A stretch of DNA of 64,000 nucleotides from the human T2T-CHM13v2.0 reference genome, Homo sapiens. This document shows positions 14,325 through 26,703 of this stretch, piece after piece. The notes under the pieces were generated by a model that worked only from the letters and a program-made list of their open reading frames with translations, ran no database searches and was not told the DNA's origin. The stretch lies in the NCBI RefSeq assembly GCF_009914755.1, contig NC_060929.1; one strand, 5' to 3'. The position numbers and the translations under genes are program-made. The stretch's first letter is position 1. Every line of letters begins with the position of its first letter.

Positions 14325-15247
14325 GGAAAGCCAATCAAACTTCCAAAAGATGAAACCCCAAACACCATATTCCCAAATATAGACATTCTGAAAGATCAAA
14401 ATTTCTAGTTTAAAACCCTTAAAATCTCAATCCTGAAAGATCAAATTCTCAAAACTAAAATTCTGGAAAAATAATTTTTAAGGCTCTATATTTGTTTACA
14501 TTCTTAAAGGCGATTTGCTGGAGAAACATATAAAAACATAACAGAGCACTTCATAGGCCACTATACACAATAAAATAACATGCATATTTTTGCAAGGATA
14601 AATACTGTGTATATTAACAACTATGGGGAAGTCCGTTCCCCATGTGCATATATATAGACCACAATACTGGTGATCAAACGGCTACACCTTTGCATACGTG
14701 TCTTCTTATCCTACAATGCACATAATTATTTTTAAACTATTTCATAATTTAGCTAGCTTCTTCAGGCAAAGATAGCTTTAATTCATTAAAAGCTCCTGAT
14801 ATGTTAATCAGTTAGAAAGAATGCCAATGCAGGCAAATGGCACACTTTTAAACTGAAGTTTTCATTGTTGCCATATTGTATGGCCAATCCATTCACCTGA
14901 GTTTTTTTTGCCAAATGCATTGGGCTGAATGGAAAAAAAAAAAAAAAGAAACTTCATTGATACCACCTTGAAATTCACTTGGAAGCCTTGATTGCACCTG
15001 ATTCTAAATCTGTCGTTACAGTTTGGAGACTCCGTTGAAATTCATTTTTTTCTACATAAAAACAATAACAAAGTAATCTCTCCACCTAACATGATGCAAC
15101 TATTTTGTGATTGTAATTTCTTGGATTTTAGACATTAGGAATTTTAGGCTTTAGGAATTTAGACTTTAGGAATTCAATCTTTTGGGATTTCAACATTCGG
15201 AAGTATGGCATTTGGAATTGTGTCTTTAGAGATTATGATCCAAACCC
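14325..15247 (-). mobile_element. Ricksha (MULE/MuDR DNA transposon), internally deleted, both ends present
   Basis: The right end gattatgatccaaaccc is the reverse complement of GGGTTTGGATCATAATC. Both ends carry inverted subterminal 15-16-bp repeat arrays. The minus strand retains the MULE-like peptides TTDLESGAIKASK and FHSAQCIWQK. Confidence 0.82.
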
Positions 15248-15500
15248 TTCTAAGAGAATCTAAATGTCAATCTAGAAAAGATAGCCAGTTAAAGACCAAT
15301 TAAGAGAGAGGAAAACTTTCAAGGCAAACAAAAGTAGAATCTTTGAGTACTATTGGCATAGGCCATCACCTTCCAGAGCCACTAAACCCCAGAGCCTGTG
15401 TTCATGCAGACAGGGAAAGATAGATTACACACAGAGAAACTGAATTTGCTAATCTAAACTCAGTCTACAATATGAAACATATTTCTATGCTGAATTCTGC

Positions 15501-15904
15501 TGTTAGGGGTTAAATTGTTTCCCCAAAAAGATGTTGAAGTTGTAACCCTAGTACCTGTAAATCAACCTTACTGCAAATAGTCTTTGCAGATGTTGAAATT
15601 AAAATGAGTCCATTAGGGTGGACCCTAATCCAATATCACTGGTGTACTCATAAAAGGGGAAAATTTGGAGATAGGGATAGACAAAATGTGAAGATCCAGA
15701 AGGAATACCATATGGGATCCAAGAAATGCCCAAGGTTACCGGAAGCTAAGGGAGAACAGAATACTCCTCGCAACCTTTAGAAAAACAAAAAAACAAAAAA
15801 ACCTCTATTGGCACCTCAATTTCCATAACCATAAAACAATAAATTTCTTTTGAAGCCACCCTGTCTGTGGTACTACACTGCAGCAGCCCCAGGAAACTAA
15901 TATA
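15501..15904 (+). mobile_element. MaLR solo LTR (MLT1B/C-like)
   Basis: Reads tgttaggggttaaattgtttcccc..agggtggaccctaatccaata..aataaatttc..gcagccccaggaaactaata. Confidence 0.85.
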
Positions 15905-15934
15905 TCTGAGATAAAAAATTGGGAAGTAGCAGCT

Positions 15935-16390
15935 TAAAATGTTTTTTAGCCACAAGTAACAGAATATCTGAATGCTAATGGCTTACATTTATTTTGCTCA
16001 CTTAAAAATATGTTTTGGAGACCAGCAGCAACTAAACGTTGTGCAGCAACTCACTGAAGAAATCAGTATTCAAGACATTTCTAGCATTAAACTCTACCAT
16101 TCTCAGTGTTGAGACAGTCGCCTGCCTCATGGTGAGAATGACTTACTGTTGATCAGGCTACCATGCAAGATGAAGAGGATATCAAAATAAACCACATTCG
16201 TCTCTTTTATCTACAAAATAGTAAAATGCATATTATGACCCATTGCCTATAGCTCTGTTATATTGCTTCACTACCTACTAAGGAGCATGAGAAAGCACTT
16301 ATTTAGGTATTTTAGTCTCTACAGTGGAGGCAGACCAAAGAGAAATTGCTGGGGAATAGCATTTAGATATCAAACCTCAGTATCTGCCAA
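15935..16390 (-). mobile_element. Old MaLR LTR remnant (MLT1J/K-like)
   Basis: Degenerate antisense start (caagtaacagaa..aatggctta); weak similarity only. Confidence 0.4.
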
Positions 16391-16501
16391 ATGGGCTTAT
16401 GCAGTGGTTATGTATTTTGAGTGTTAATGTTGGGCCATTCACAGAGCACTTAGAGCTTAGGCCATCATTTCTGGGGACAGCAACATCCAGAATCCAATGA
16501 C

Positions 16502-16545
16502 AAAAAAAAAAAAAAAAAAAAAGAAAGAAAGAAAGAAAAAAGGAA
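16502..16545. repeat. Poly(A)/(GAAA)n tract
   Basis: Directly visible; no adjacent Alu or L1 body. Confidence 0.9.
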
Positions 16546-17394
16546 ACATTGAGCCCAGATTGGCACACCCGATGAGGTGGATAAGTCACGATACATAAAG
16601 TGTCCGTCAGCCACTTTGAGTTTTTTCAGATTCCTCCTTTGCTTTTCACACATCTGCACTTCCCTGGGAAATTCTGTTTTGCATGGCTATCTGTTAGCAA
16701 CATAAGAAAGGCATCTGATTAACAAACACTAATTTGTTCTACAGATGCTTCTTACATGAACAACCTCACTCCAGGTGTTTTCTCTGTAAGGTGAGGAAGA
16801 GCAAGAATTTATTAATATTTGCCAAGCAGTAGAAATAAAAATGTCACCCACCAAGATGTTTCCTTGCCAAATAAAACATGGTCGTTATTATTCATTGACA
16901 TAATATTAAAATATATTATTCATTCAACATCATTTTTTAATTTGTATATTTACCTTTACTTATTGGTAGTTATTTTTACATTTAACTTTGCTTAATGAGA
17001 GGTAGCTGTTACAAATATATGTAACACTAGAGAATTCTTATCAAATATCTACAACATTTATTATATTGGTAGTTAATTAATTCTTCCATTAGTCTACTAA
17101 AATAATAGTATTCCTGAATTCTCACTTTATGAAGAGCTAAGAAATTATTTTAAAATATACATATTCAATAATAAAGTATGATGTAATGAAATAACAATAA
17201 GATTTACTTCCCGATTGATGTTTTGCAAATGGACAGAGAAGATAATCTGGAATGTGAAAAATTGAGAAAATGCAATACCAGGTTTTAGTTCATTTCTATG
17301 ACTTTAAAATAAATTCAGATGAACAAGAAAATATGTATACAAAATGCCTTCCATGTAGTCAAGTTATATTGCTATGTCTAAAACATCACATTGA

Positions 17395-17418
17395 GGATAT
17401 CACAATATTGTGATATCC
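17395..17418. repeat. Perfect 24-bp palindrome GGATATCACAATATTGTGATATCC
   Basis: 12-bp arms with no spacer, checked base by base. Confidence 0.95.
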
Positions 17419-19058
17419 AGCTTTCTCCTGTCCCTGGCAGCAGGAGGGAGAAGTGGGCAAGGAAAACAGGTGCACCTCTCAACTGAGCCAGCCAGTTTTA
17501 AAGAAGTTCTCTAAAATTCCCAAGCAATGCCACATGTTACTAGGCACTGCTAGTTGCAAACAGCTTAGAAAATAGTCTTCAAGTTTTGTAAAACAGTGTT
17601 CTGAATATATTTAGGGTTCTGTTACCAAAGAAAGAATGAGAAAATAGCTACAGGGACCACGTTATACTCACTATTAAAACAGGCAAGCAGGGTAGGAGGA
17701 GATGTGTATTTATGGAATAGTAGTTTTGTTGAAATCTTCAGGGGCATTACAGAGAAAAGTACTCACTATGATATATGCTTTGAAATAGTTAAAACAAGCG
17801 TAATATATAAGACCATCAGACTCGACTGTGCAGATATGAGGGACTAAGAAAACAGACTTTGGTTCATACTGTGGAACTTCATAATGGAGATTCCAGAAAA
17901 CAAGATTACTGTGGAAACATATCGAAGGTGGTTAAGTATGATTGATCATAAGGTACGTAATTAGACCAGATGTCTATTCCAATCCCTTATGTTTATTATT
18001 TTATTACATACTATATAACACAAGATTCATGTGGGGTTTAAGGGAAGTAGAAGGGCAATTTTGTGATCACTGAGTCTTCTTATTGAAACATATCAGTAAA
18101 TGTTGACTGAGTTTAAAAAAATAACGTTTTATAGTACTTTATAGAATAATTCATGTTTTACATGGAAATAGAAGAAATGTAATAGTGGCCAGTGAAATTA
18201 TATCACAAGTAAGAGACATCATTCTAACAACTTGTTTTCTACTTTTTTATACAAACTCCTCCACCTCTGATTTAAGTATTTTTATTATTTTATTAAAATA
18301 CTCTATATCATATAAAACATTACTACTATTTTATATTTATAAATTTTACATGGCTTTGGTATTTATTTTTCAGAAAATGGATACCACATAAAGTGTTCCT
18401 GAAGTTTACATTATGTGTTGAGACATGGATTCAGTCAATAAGCATGTCTTGTGCATTTTAATTTTTCAAGGTCCTACATCAATGCTGTAAAATATGTCCA
18501 TCCCATATGTGATCATCCTTACTAGAACATTCATGATTATTCTAAAAGCAGGCACTATCTATAAAACTGTCTCATTGTAGACTTACCAAACTTCACGATA
18601 TACCTTCTACAATAACAAATAATATTCTAATGATTTCAAAATATATGTATTTCAGGAAATAAGAACATGTATCATTATCAATAATTTAAATAACTTTTAA
18701 TGTATCAACAATGTTTGAAAACATCAAATGCAGCTCTGAAAAGCAAAAATAAATTGAACTAATTTTTTTCAAAGTTAGATTTTATAATGTAAAATTTCAT
18801 ACATATCAGTGGTAAGAAGCATGTATGATAGTGGTTCGGAAATCATCTATTTCACCTCTGTGTTTGTTATGAAACTGTATTTGATGATATCTTTACTAGT
18901 TCTACTATGGATTCCTTCCTCTGAAATTGAACAATGCCTTCTTTTCCACACAACTGAACATGCTTTTAATTTTCGTATTTCTAACTGTTACTTTTTTACA
19001 ACCATTGCCCAATGTACTACATTTTATCGTTATTTCCTTTGCTTCAACTTGCTTCTTT

Positions 19059-19124
19059 CATTGGAATTTTATTGTTTGCTTGTTTTTTAACCATTGGAAT
19101 TTTATTGTTTGCTTGTTTTTTAAC
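19059..19124. repeat. 33-bp perfect tandem duplication
   Basis: CATTGGAATTTTATTGTTTGCTTGTTTTTTAAC at 19059-19091 and 19092-19124. Confidence 0.95.
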
Positions 19125-20167
19125 CTATGGACTCACACATAAAGAGTTATATATTTTATTGAATTTATGTTTGGAGTGGCTAAAAGACTATCAGCAATTC
19201 TAAAGAAATAATCATTTGGAGTATATAATGACATATAACTTTTGCATAAGAAAGAAGAAATTCTGCCTACTCTACCATTTCCACCATCATGCATATCAAA
19301 GAAAAATTGCTTTATAAGTTTTCAAAGATAAGTGGCTGTTTACATGAGCCACAAAATCTAGGAGAAATAAATATTGATCCCAAGTTAAAACTAAGCCAAC
19401 AATATAATATAGAAAGCTACTTTTATATGAAATTCACAGTAAGACATTTTACAAAATATTCCTCTATTTCCAGGATTTTGTCTAATCATGTCCCCTGTGG
19501 ACATAGTGATATATAATGTGACTCCTTCTTCACAGCCTGGAAACAATAACCGGTTTTCTTTCTTATTCTCTGCCATAAATACTAAAATGAAATACAACTT
19601 GTAGTTCTAATGTATTCCTCATTTATTTTGAAGTAGAAAACATGTTAAAATATATCAATCAACTCTGATCATATTGTGCCAGGTTTTCCTTATCCTAAAT
19701 TACAGGAGTTTATCTTTTTGCTAAAACTCTACCAAAAAAATAAATGTCATTCTATACTAAAAAATTGAATTATAATAATGATTTAGAATATTATAAGAAT
19801 CCAACAAACATTTGACAGTAAGGTGGTATCAAATTTTTCTCTGAATTTAATGGGAATTTTTTTAAACATCAAAAACTTCTGTCCTACTGTGTACCCTGCA
19901 AAACGGGCCTCAGTGAGAAAATACATCTGTAAAGTATGAGTCATGTAAAACCAGTTAAGATTACAACCTCGATGTATTCATACTTGAAACACAGTTTTAA
20001 CAATAAATAACTTCAGAGACACCTGAGAGTAAATTGACATGTAATTCAAAAAGAGTAGATGTTATATGCCCATTAAAAATATCCTGAGGAGTTATTATAT
20101 TCAAAGATAAAAATACACATCAATGTCCTTAGAAATGACAAAAGTAATAATTCTAAATGAACTCATT

Positions 20168-20545
20168 TGTATTAGTCAATTTTCACAATGATGTAAAGAA
20201 CTGCCTGGGACTGAGTAATTTATAAAGGAAAGAGGTTTAATTGATTAACAGTTCCGCATGGCTGGGGAGGCCTCAGAAAACTTACAGTCATGGTGGAAGG
20301 TGAAGAGGAAGCAAGGTACCTTCTTCACAAGGCAGTGGAAGAAGAATTGAATACAGGAGGAACTGCCACACATTTATAAAACCATCAAATCTCATGATAA
20401 CTCAATCACTGTGATGAGAACAGCATGGAGGAAACCATCCCCGTGATTTAATTACCTCCACCTGGTCTCTCCCTTGACACATGGGGATTATGGGGATTAC
20501 AATTCAAGATGAGATTTTCAGGGGGGACACAGCCAAACCATGTTA
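20168..20545 (-). mobile_element. THE1-family solo LTR (THE1D-like)
   Basis: Reads tgtattagtc..taatttataaaggaaagaggtttaattga..catggctggggaggcctcag..ggggacacagccaaacca. Confidence 0.9.
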
Positions 20546-21041
20546 CAATTCAAAACATTTTAAATAATTTAAAAATTCAAACCATATTGCCAGGCTCAAT
20601 GGTAACAGCAGAAATAGTTCAGATTTCAGGTAACATGGTTTATATCACTCTCTCAAACAAAGTGATAAAAACAATAGTATTCTAATGGGGAGCAGCTGTT
20701 AAAGACACCCAGCTTAAAATCTAAATTGTCTACATTTTCCATTTTTTCAAGGGTAATATCTGTGTTGTGATTATATTTTACTAAATTCAAGAATGCCATG
20801 TAACTGTTCCTTTTCTATTAGTTTTGCTTATTTACCATTTTATTCTACACCAATAAAGGAGTCTATCTGAAGAGAGCTAAAATTGATAGTTGTTGAGATA
20901 ATATAACGCAACATTTGTTATTGATAAGCTGAAAGTAGGCCTTCCTGGGTTCCTCTTCCATAGGAGTTTATTGTACCTCCTTTTTCATTTCTGGGTAATT
21001 GTTCTTTGTTACAACTACATTAGAGACTTCATATAGACAGT

Positions 21042-21428
21042 TGTTATGGGCTGAATTGTGTCCCTCCAAAATTTACATCTTGAAGTGCTAATGCCAGTAA
21101 CTAAAAATATTATTGCTTTTGGAGGTGAGGCCTTTAAAGAGGCCAACTCTATAAAATAATATTATTATGGTGGGCCTTAATCTAATACGGCAGATGTCCT
21201 TAGAAGAAGAGGAAATTAGGACACAGACAAACACAGATGGAAGACAGTATGATGATGCAATGAAAAGACGGTCATCTATAAGCCAAGGGAAGAGGCCTCA
21301 AAAGCAACAACCTTGCATACACCTTACACTTGGATACCAAGCCTTCAAAACTGTGAGAAAATTACCTCTGTCATTTAACCCACACAGTTTGTGGTATTTT
21401 ATTATGACAGCTCAAGTAAACAAATACA
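21042..21428 (+). mobile_element. MaLR solo LTR (MLT1A-like)
   Basis: TG..CA ends, starts tgttatgggctgaattgtgtccctccaaaatt; near-matching 5-bp TSD ACAGT/ACATT. Confidence 0.85.
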
Positions 21429-23791
21429 ACATTGTGTACTTTATAGTTTAAATATCAACCAAAAAAAGTGTCTGTAAAACTCTATCCACATATAATTTTA
21501 ATATAACTTATATTTAATAAAATATAAGTAACCTTATATATACTTAATATATGTACTTATTTTCTCATCCAATACCAGATGTATTTCAAATGTAAGGTAA
21601 GATTGTGCATTCATTGTAAATTATATAATATATAATACCCATATAGAGGCTATGACAGCACCTGTAATCAATAACATTACTATATCTACCTAGAAACATA
21701 CAAATATTCACACGAAATGGGATTGAAGAATATTAATCCTCATCAGTATAAGTGTTCAGTGACAGTAACAAAATCTTTTGGGTTTTCAAAGCTTTGGGAG
21801 GGTTCTCAAAATTCAGATTGTTAAGCTGGCTGTGGGAAAATCACTGCAGGAATCTGGTATTGGTCAGCACCTTCCTGAATAGGAAGTATTCAAGATTTAA
21901 ACCCTATCTGTCATGAATAACATGACATTCTCTGCACTACGCTATCATCCATTTGTCATCTCACCACGGTGCCTAGTTCATTGCCAGCTCTTGATCTTCC
22001 TTAAAACCAATACTGGACAGAGCCTTTGTTGAATAAAAATGAATGTACTAATTTTACAGAATTCTTGTGTTAAATTTACCAAAATTGAGGCCTTAAAGAA
22101 CCACATATTTGTAACCCAAGATATGTGATCCACACTTTTCTTTGGAAGATGAATATCTGGTAAGACATGGAGAGGTGGTTTCTGTCATAGTGGGGTGACA
22201 GGGGATTCCTGGTCAACTGAGGGTCTTTAGTGTAAGATTTCTAAAAGTGTGTACTAGTAGCAAGTTGTTTTATAAATTTCTAAACAACATAATCATCAAG
22301 TTTGTAAAAACTATCTAACCCATCGGAATTTTTTGCAGAATTCTATCAACATTCCATGAGTCACTAGAGTTGCCAATATCACTTATTAGGACGTGACACT
22401 GTAGTTATTTTTTTTCCTACTAGCTTCCATATAAATCTACCCAATGCTAAAACTCAGGCATATTTCTGTCCTGCAAAAGAGTATTTCAACTGAAAGGAGA
22501 TAATGAAGTGGGGAGAGGGAAGGTGTGGCACGATATTCTGTAACTTGAGAGATGAGGAAATTGCATCTCAAAATACCTTTCTCTGTCTCTCAAAATAAAT
22601 CTAAGAACACACTGCTAAACATTTTTATCAAGATATAGAAACCATTATTACTAGTCATTCCATGTCCATTTCTATGTACACTACATATACTACATTTTAT
22701 AACCTTTCATATCCAAAGTATTTTGTGAACCTATACAAGAGAAAACTATCTATAGGAAAATAAACTCTGAAAAACAATTAATTGTAAACTGCATCCTAAT
22801 TTCAGATATGTTAAAATGTAACTAGATAAGCATCTGATTTTAATAATTTAATTGAAAAAGTTATGCTTTTATGATAAACATATGGTTTGGGACATATCTA
22901 ATAAATGAATCTGACAGAAAACCCAATTTTATTCCTATATCTTGACTCAGAAATTAATCTTATTTCAGACCTCTAAGGTCTTTTTCATTCCATAGGAGAA
23001 GTCAAGAACTATATCCCCCAAACTTCTCTCTTCATAGTGCCCTAGGTTGGAGTTTGCCAGTGAGAATCACTGACATGGGATGTACACAAGAGAAAGAAAT
23101 GGAAGTGTCCAATAAAATGTGTCCAGAAAGGATCAGCAAAGGACAGATGGGTTGTCACTGGTCATCAGATTTATCAGAAGAAACAATAAAATAGGTGGAT
23201 CTACACAATATGCTTAATCATTAAATTATATTGTAAATAGAAAATATAAGGCACATAATATAATCTATAACATAAAATAATATATGTAAACTGAAAATAA
23301 CTCCATATGCAAACTAACTCCATTTGGGAAAAGCAGGTACGTTATAAAGAAAAATAAAACTATACTTCTACTTTATACCACATAAAAATAAGTACATCCC
23401 AATCTTTGTACAACATTTAGTGTTTTTCCAGTAGGGAAGCTATTTGCATTTTATATGACAAATGATTAACTTCTCTAACAAATAAGGGGACTCTATAAGT
23501 TAAGGGAAAATTATTCAAAACTTAATATAAAAATGAGCCAAAAAAAAACAGGTGTAGAGAGAATTAACAGAGAAGGAAATATGAAGGTCTCAAAGTACTC
23601 TAAAATATTTTGAACCATAAAAAGATATATCATTTTTTAAAAAAGAAAATAACATTGTTTCCTTTTTTCTTTTTAACACAACCCAGAAGAATCTTTTTTA
23701 AAAAATCAACATTCTATTGAAAGACATCAATGACCTTTTGCTCATATTAAAGTCATTGATGGTTTCTCCTGACACAAGAAATGATCTCTAG

Positions 23792-24018
23792 AAAGAGTCA
23801 CCACGTTTTTTCTACAAAGGTGCAGAGAGTAAATATTTCAGGATTTTCCAGCCATCCAGTCTCTGTGGCAACTACACAACTGTGCTGTTGTAGTGTGAAG
23901 GAAGCTGTAGACAATACAGAAATAAATGGGCATGGTTGTTTTCCAATAAAATGTTATTTATCAAAAAACAGGTGGCAGGTGACATTTGGTCCATGAACTA
24001 TACTTTGCTGACCCCATG
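23792..24018 (+). mobile_element. MER58A (hAT-Charlie)
   Basis: Reads gtctctgtggcaactac..ttccaataaaa..tttgctgacccc; 8-bp TSD ATCTCTAG/ATCTATAG fits the hAT NTCTAGAN preference. Confidence 0.88.
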
Positions 24019-24726
24019 ATCTATAGAGCATTTTCCTATAACATATTGCTAAATGACATGTTAAAGTTATGCCTACATTGGGCCACCAAGCAGCTGCATA
24101 TGGTACATTTAAATATTCATGACACCCTTTTGAAATCCCTCATGAGAATTCTGTATATCTCTGCTTAAAACATTAAAAAAAAAATCTCACTGATCATACT
24201 GAATATGCGAGTAAATAATTTCAGTCATATAATCGGACTTATATTATCATGGGAATTACTTTATATGAAAAAAGGCACAATCGGGTTTGAATTAAATTAA
24301 CTAAACATATCCAGTTCTTAGAATTTTATTGTATTATTAATTTCATTAATTATAACCAAATCTCATATATTTTACTTGCTATTTTTCAGCCTTTTATAAC
24401 ATTCCTTCAATCTACAGCCTTTTTTTTTAACTTTCTAAATTTCCAATTATGTTTCAAAAATTATATTTCATTTATATTTTTAAGGAGAGAAGCCTAATTT
24501 GACTCTGACTTTTTACTGGGAAAATGCTACTCGCTATATGCTGAATCAAAAGTCCACATTTCAGACAGAATTTTTGGAACAAAGGCCTGTTGAGAAAGAA
24601 TACTCTTTGAGGGAGAATGACTGTCAAATTCATTTGCATTCTGAGTGTAGTTCAGGAAGTGAGGCAACCTGACCTAGAGTATGTGAATAATAGACATTTC
24701 AGTGATCCAAAAATCCAATGAATTAA

Positions 24727-25034
<308 letters not shown>

Positions 25035-25129
25035 ATGAATTAAAGTTTTAAGTGATAAAGCAGAGACTCATTGAGCTTAACCCACACTAAGCCAGGGATA
25101 TGTGCTTTTTAATATCTATATTCAGATCC

Positions 25130-25300
25130 AAAGTTCTTTAATGTATATTTTAAACTATTTTTCACAATAATCCTGTGAGTTAGTCAAAGCAGCATTATTT
25201 TTCTATTTTTAAGAGATCATATTCATATTTACAGAACTTGAAAATCACAGGGCTAGCAAGTAGCAAAGCTGAAATATAAACTCACACATTCTGCAAAATT
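25130..25300 (-). mobile_element. MIR remnant
   Basis: Reads tcacaataatcctgtgag..attattttctatttt..gctagcaagtagcaaagctgaaat. Confidence 0.5.
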
Positions 25301-25687
25301 TCACTGGTGATGTTATGATTTGAGTCCACCACAATTCTTATCTGCTTCTTTACTGGCCTGGATAAATTTTGGAACATTTTCAGAATTATCTAATTGATAT
25401 TAAAATAATTTTTAATATTTTTAAAGAATATTATATCTCATGTTAACTTTCAGGTTAGAAGCCATCTCTTTACAATTGGGAGGAATAAGGGCAGCTTATT
25501 TGCTCACTCAGCTTCCAAAGCAATATCCATGAACTTAAATATATCATCCAAGTATCTGTATCGAGTTGAAGTAAAATAAATTTTGCACAAAGTGTCAGCT
25601 CCGCATCTAACATATATTAAGTTAAATAACATGTCTCATCCTTCATAACAAAGTCTATATCGCTTCCAACAAAAACTCCTATAAAGA

Positions 25688-26703
25688 TATGGAAAGAATT
25701 GTCAATGCTATGGAAGAGAACCTTGGGAGAGAGAACATCATGAAAGTCTGGGAGGATTATACTATCGAAGATGCCATCATTGTTATAGAAAAAGGTGGGA
25801 AAGCCATCAAGCCCTAAAGAGTAAATTCCTGCTGTAGAAAACTGTCCAGATAATGTGCCTGACTTGACAGGATTTGCTCTAGAGCCAATCAATAAATTAT
25901 GAAAGAGATTGTGGATATGGCAAAAAGGTGGGGGTGAAGGGTTTTGAGTTACGGATCTTGAGTAAATTCAAAAGGTAATAGACACTACACTAGAGAAATT
26001 AACAGGAGGCAACTGGATGGAGATAAGTGCTTCAGAACCAGCGCCAGGTGATAAGGAAGGAGACAGAGGAAACAGTGGCAGAAAAAGAATTGTCTTTAGA
26101 CAATGTGGTAGAAGAGTTCCGATTATTCAAGACAGCTTCTGGCCTCTTTTATGACATGGACCCTTCTATGATATGGGTACTGAAACTGAAAGCAAATGGT
26201 GGAAGAAGGATTGGTATCACACAGAAGCACTTTTAGAGAAATGAAAAGGTCAGAAAGAAATTACAACGTACTTCCTCAATGTTACACTGAGTATGGCTGT
26301 CTTTCCTGCCTGCCCTTCCACGTTTTCCACCTGTGCTACCCTTGAGAGAGCAAGACCAGCCCCTCCTCTCCCTCCTCCTTCTCAGTCTACTCAACATGAA
26401 GATGATGAGGATGAAGGCCTTTATGATGATCCACTTCCACTTAATGAATAATAAATATATTTTCTCTCCTTATGTTTTTAAAATAACATTTTCTTTTCTC
26501 TAGCTTACTTTACTGTAGTAATAACAATTTATAATACATAAAACATACAAAATATGTGTTAATTTATTATGTTAACAGTAAGGCTTCTGATCAGCAGTAG
26601 TCTATTAATCATTAAGTTTTGGGAGAGTCAAAAGTTATACGTGGATTTTCCACTGTGCAGGGGGTCAACGACCCTCACTCCCATGTTGTTCAAGAGTCAA
26701 ATA
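25688..26703 (+). mobile_element. Tigger2 3' portion (transposase C-terminal remnant plus right TIR)
   Basis: From 25689 it translates MERIVNAMEENLGRENIMKVWEDYTIEDAIIVIEK; contains tatgatgatccacttccacttaatgaata; ends gttgttcaagagtcaa. No left end seen. Confidence 0.88.

Noticed and set aside
11750-15247. ERVL fragment as cargo of the nearby Ricksha
   Set aside because: Some Ricksha variants carry ERVL sequence, but this fragment lies outside the Ricksha ends, separated by L1M and MER85.
16502-16545. Poly(A) tract as the tail of a processed pseudogene
   Set aside because: No recognisable upstream mRNA-like body, poly(A) signal or TSD.
26027-26236. 69-aa acidic ORF
   Set aside because: It is part of the decayed Tigger2 transposase, with stops and frameshifts upstream.
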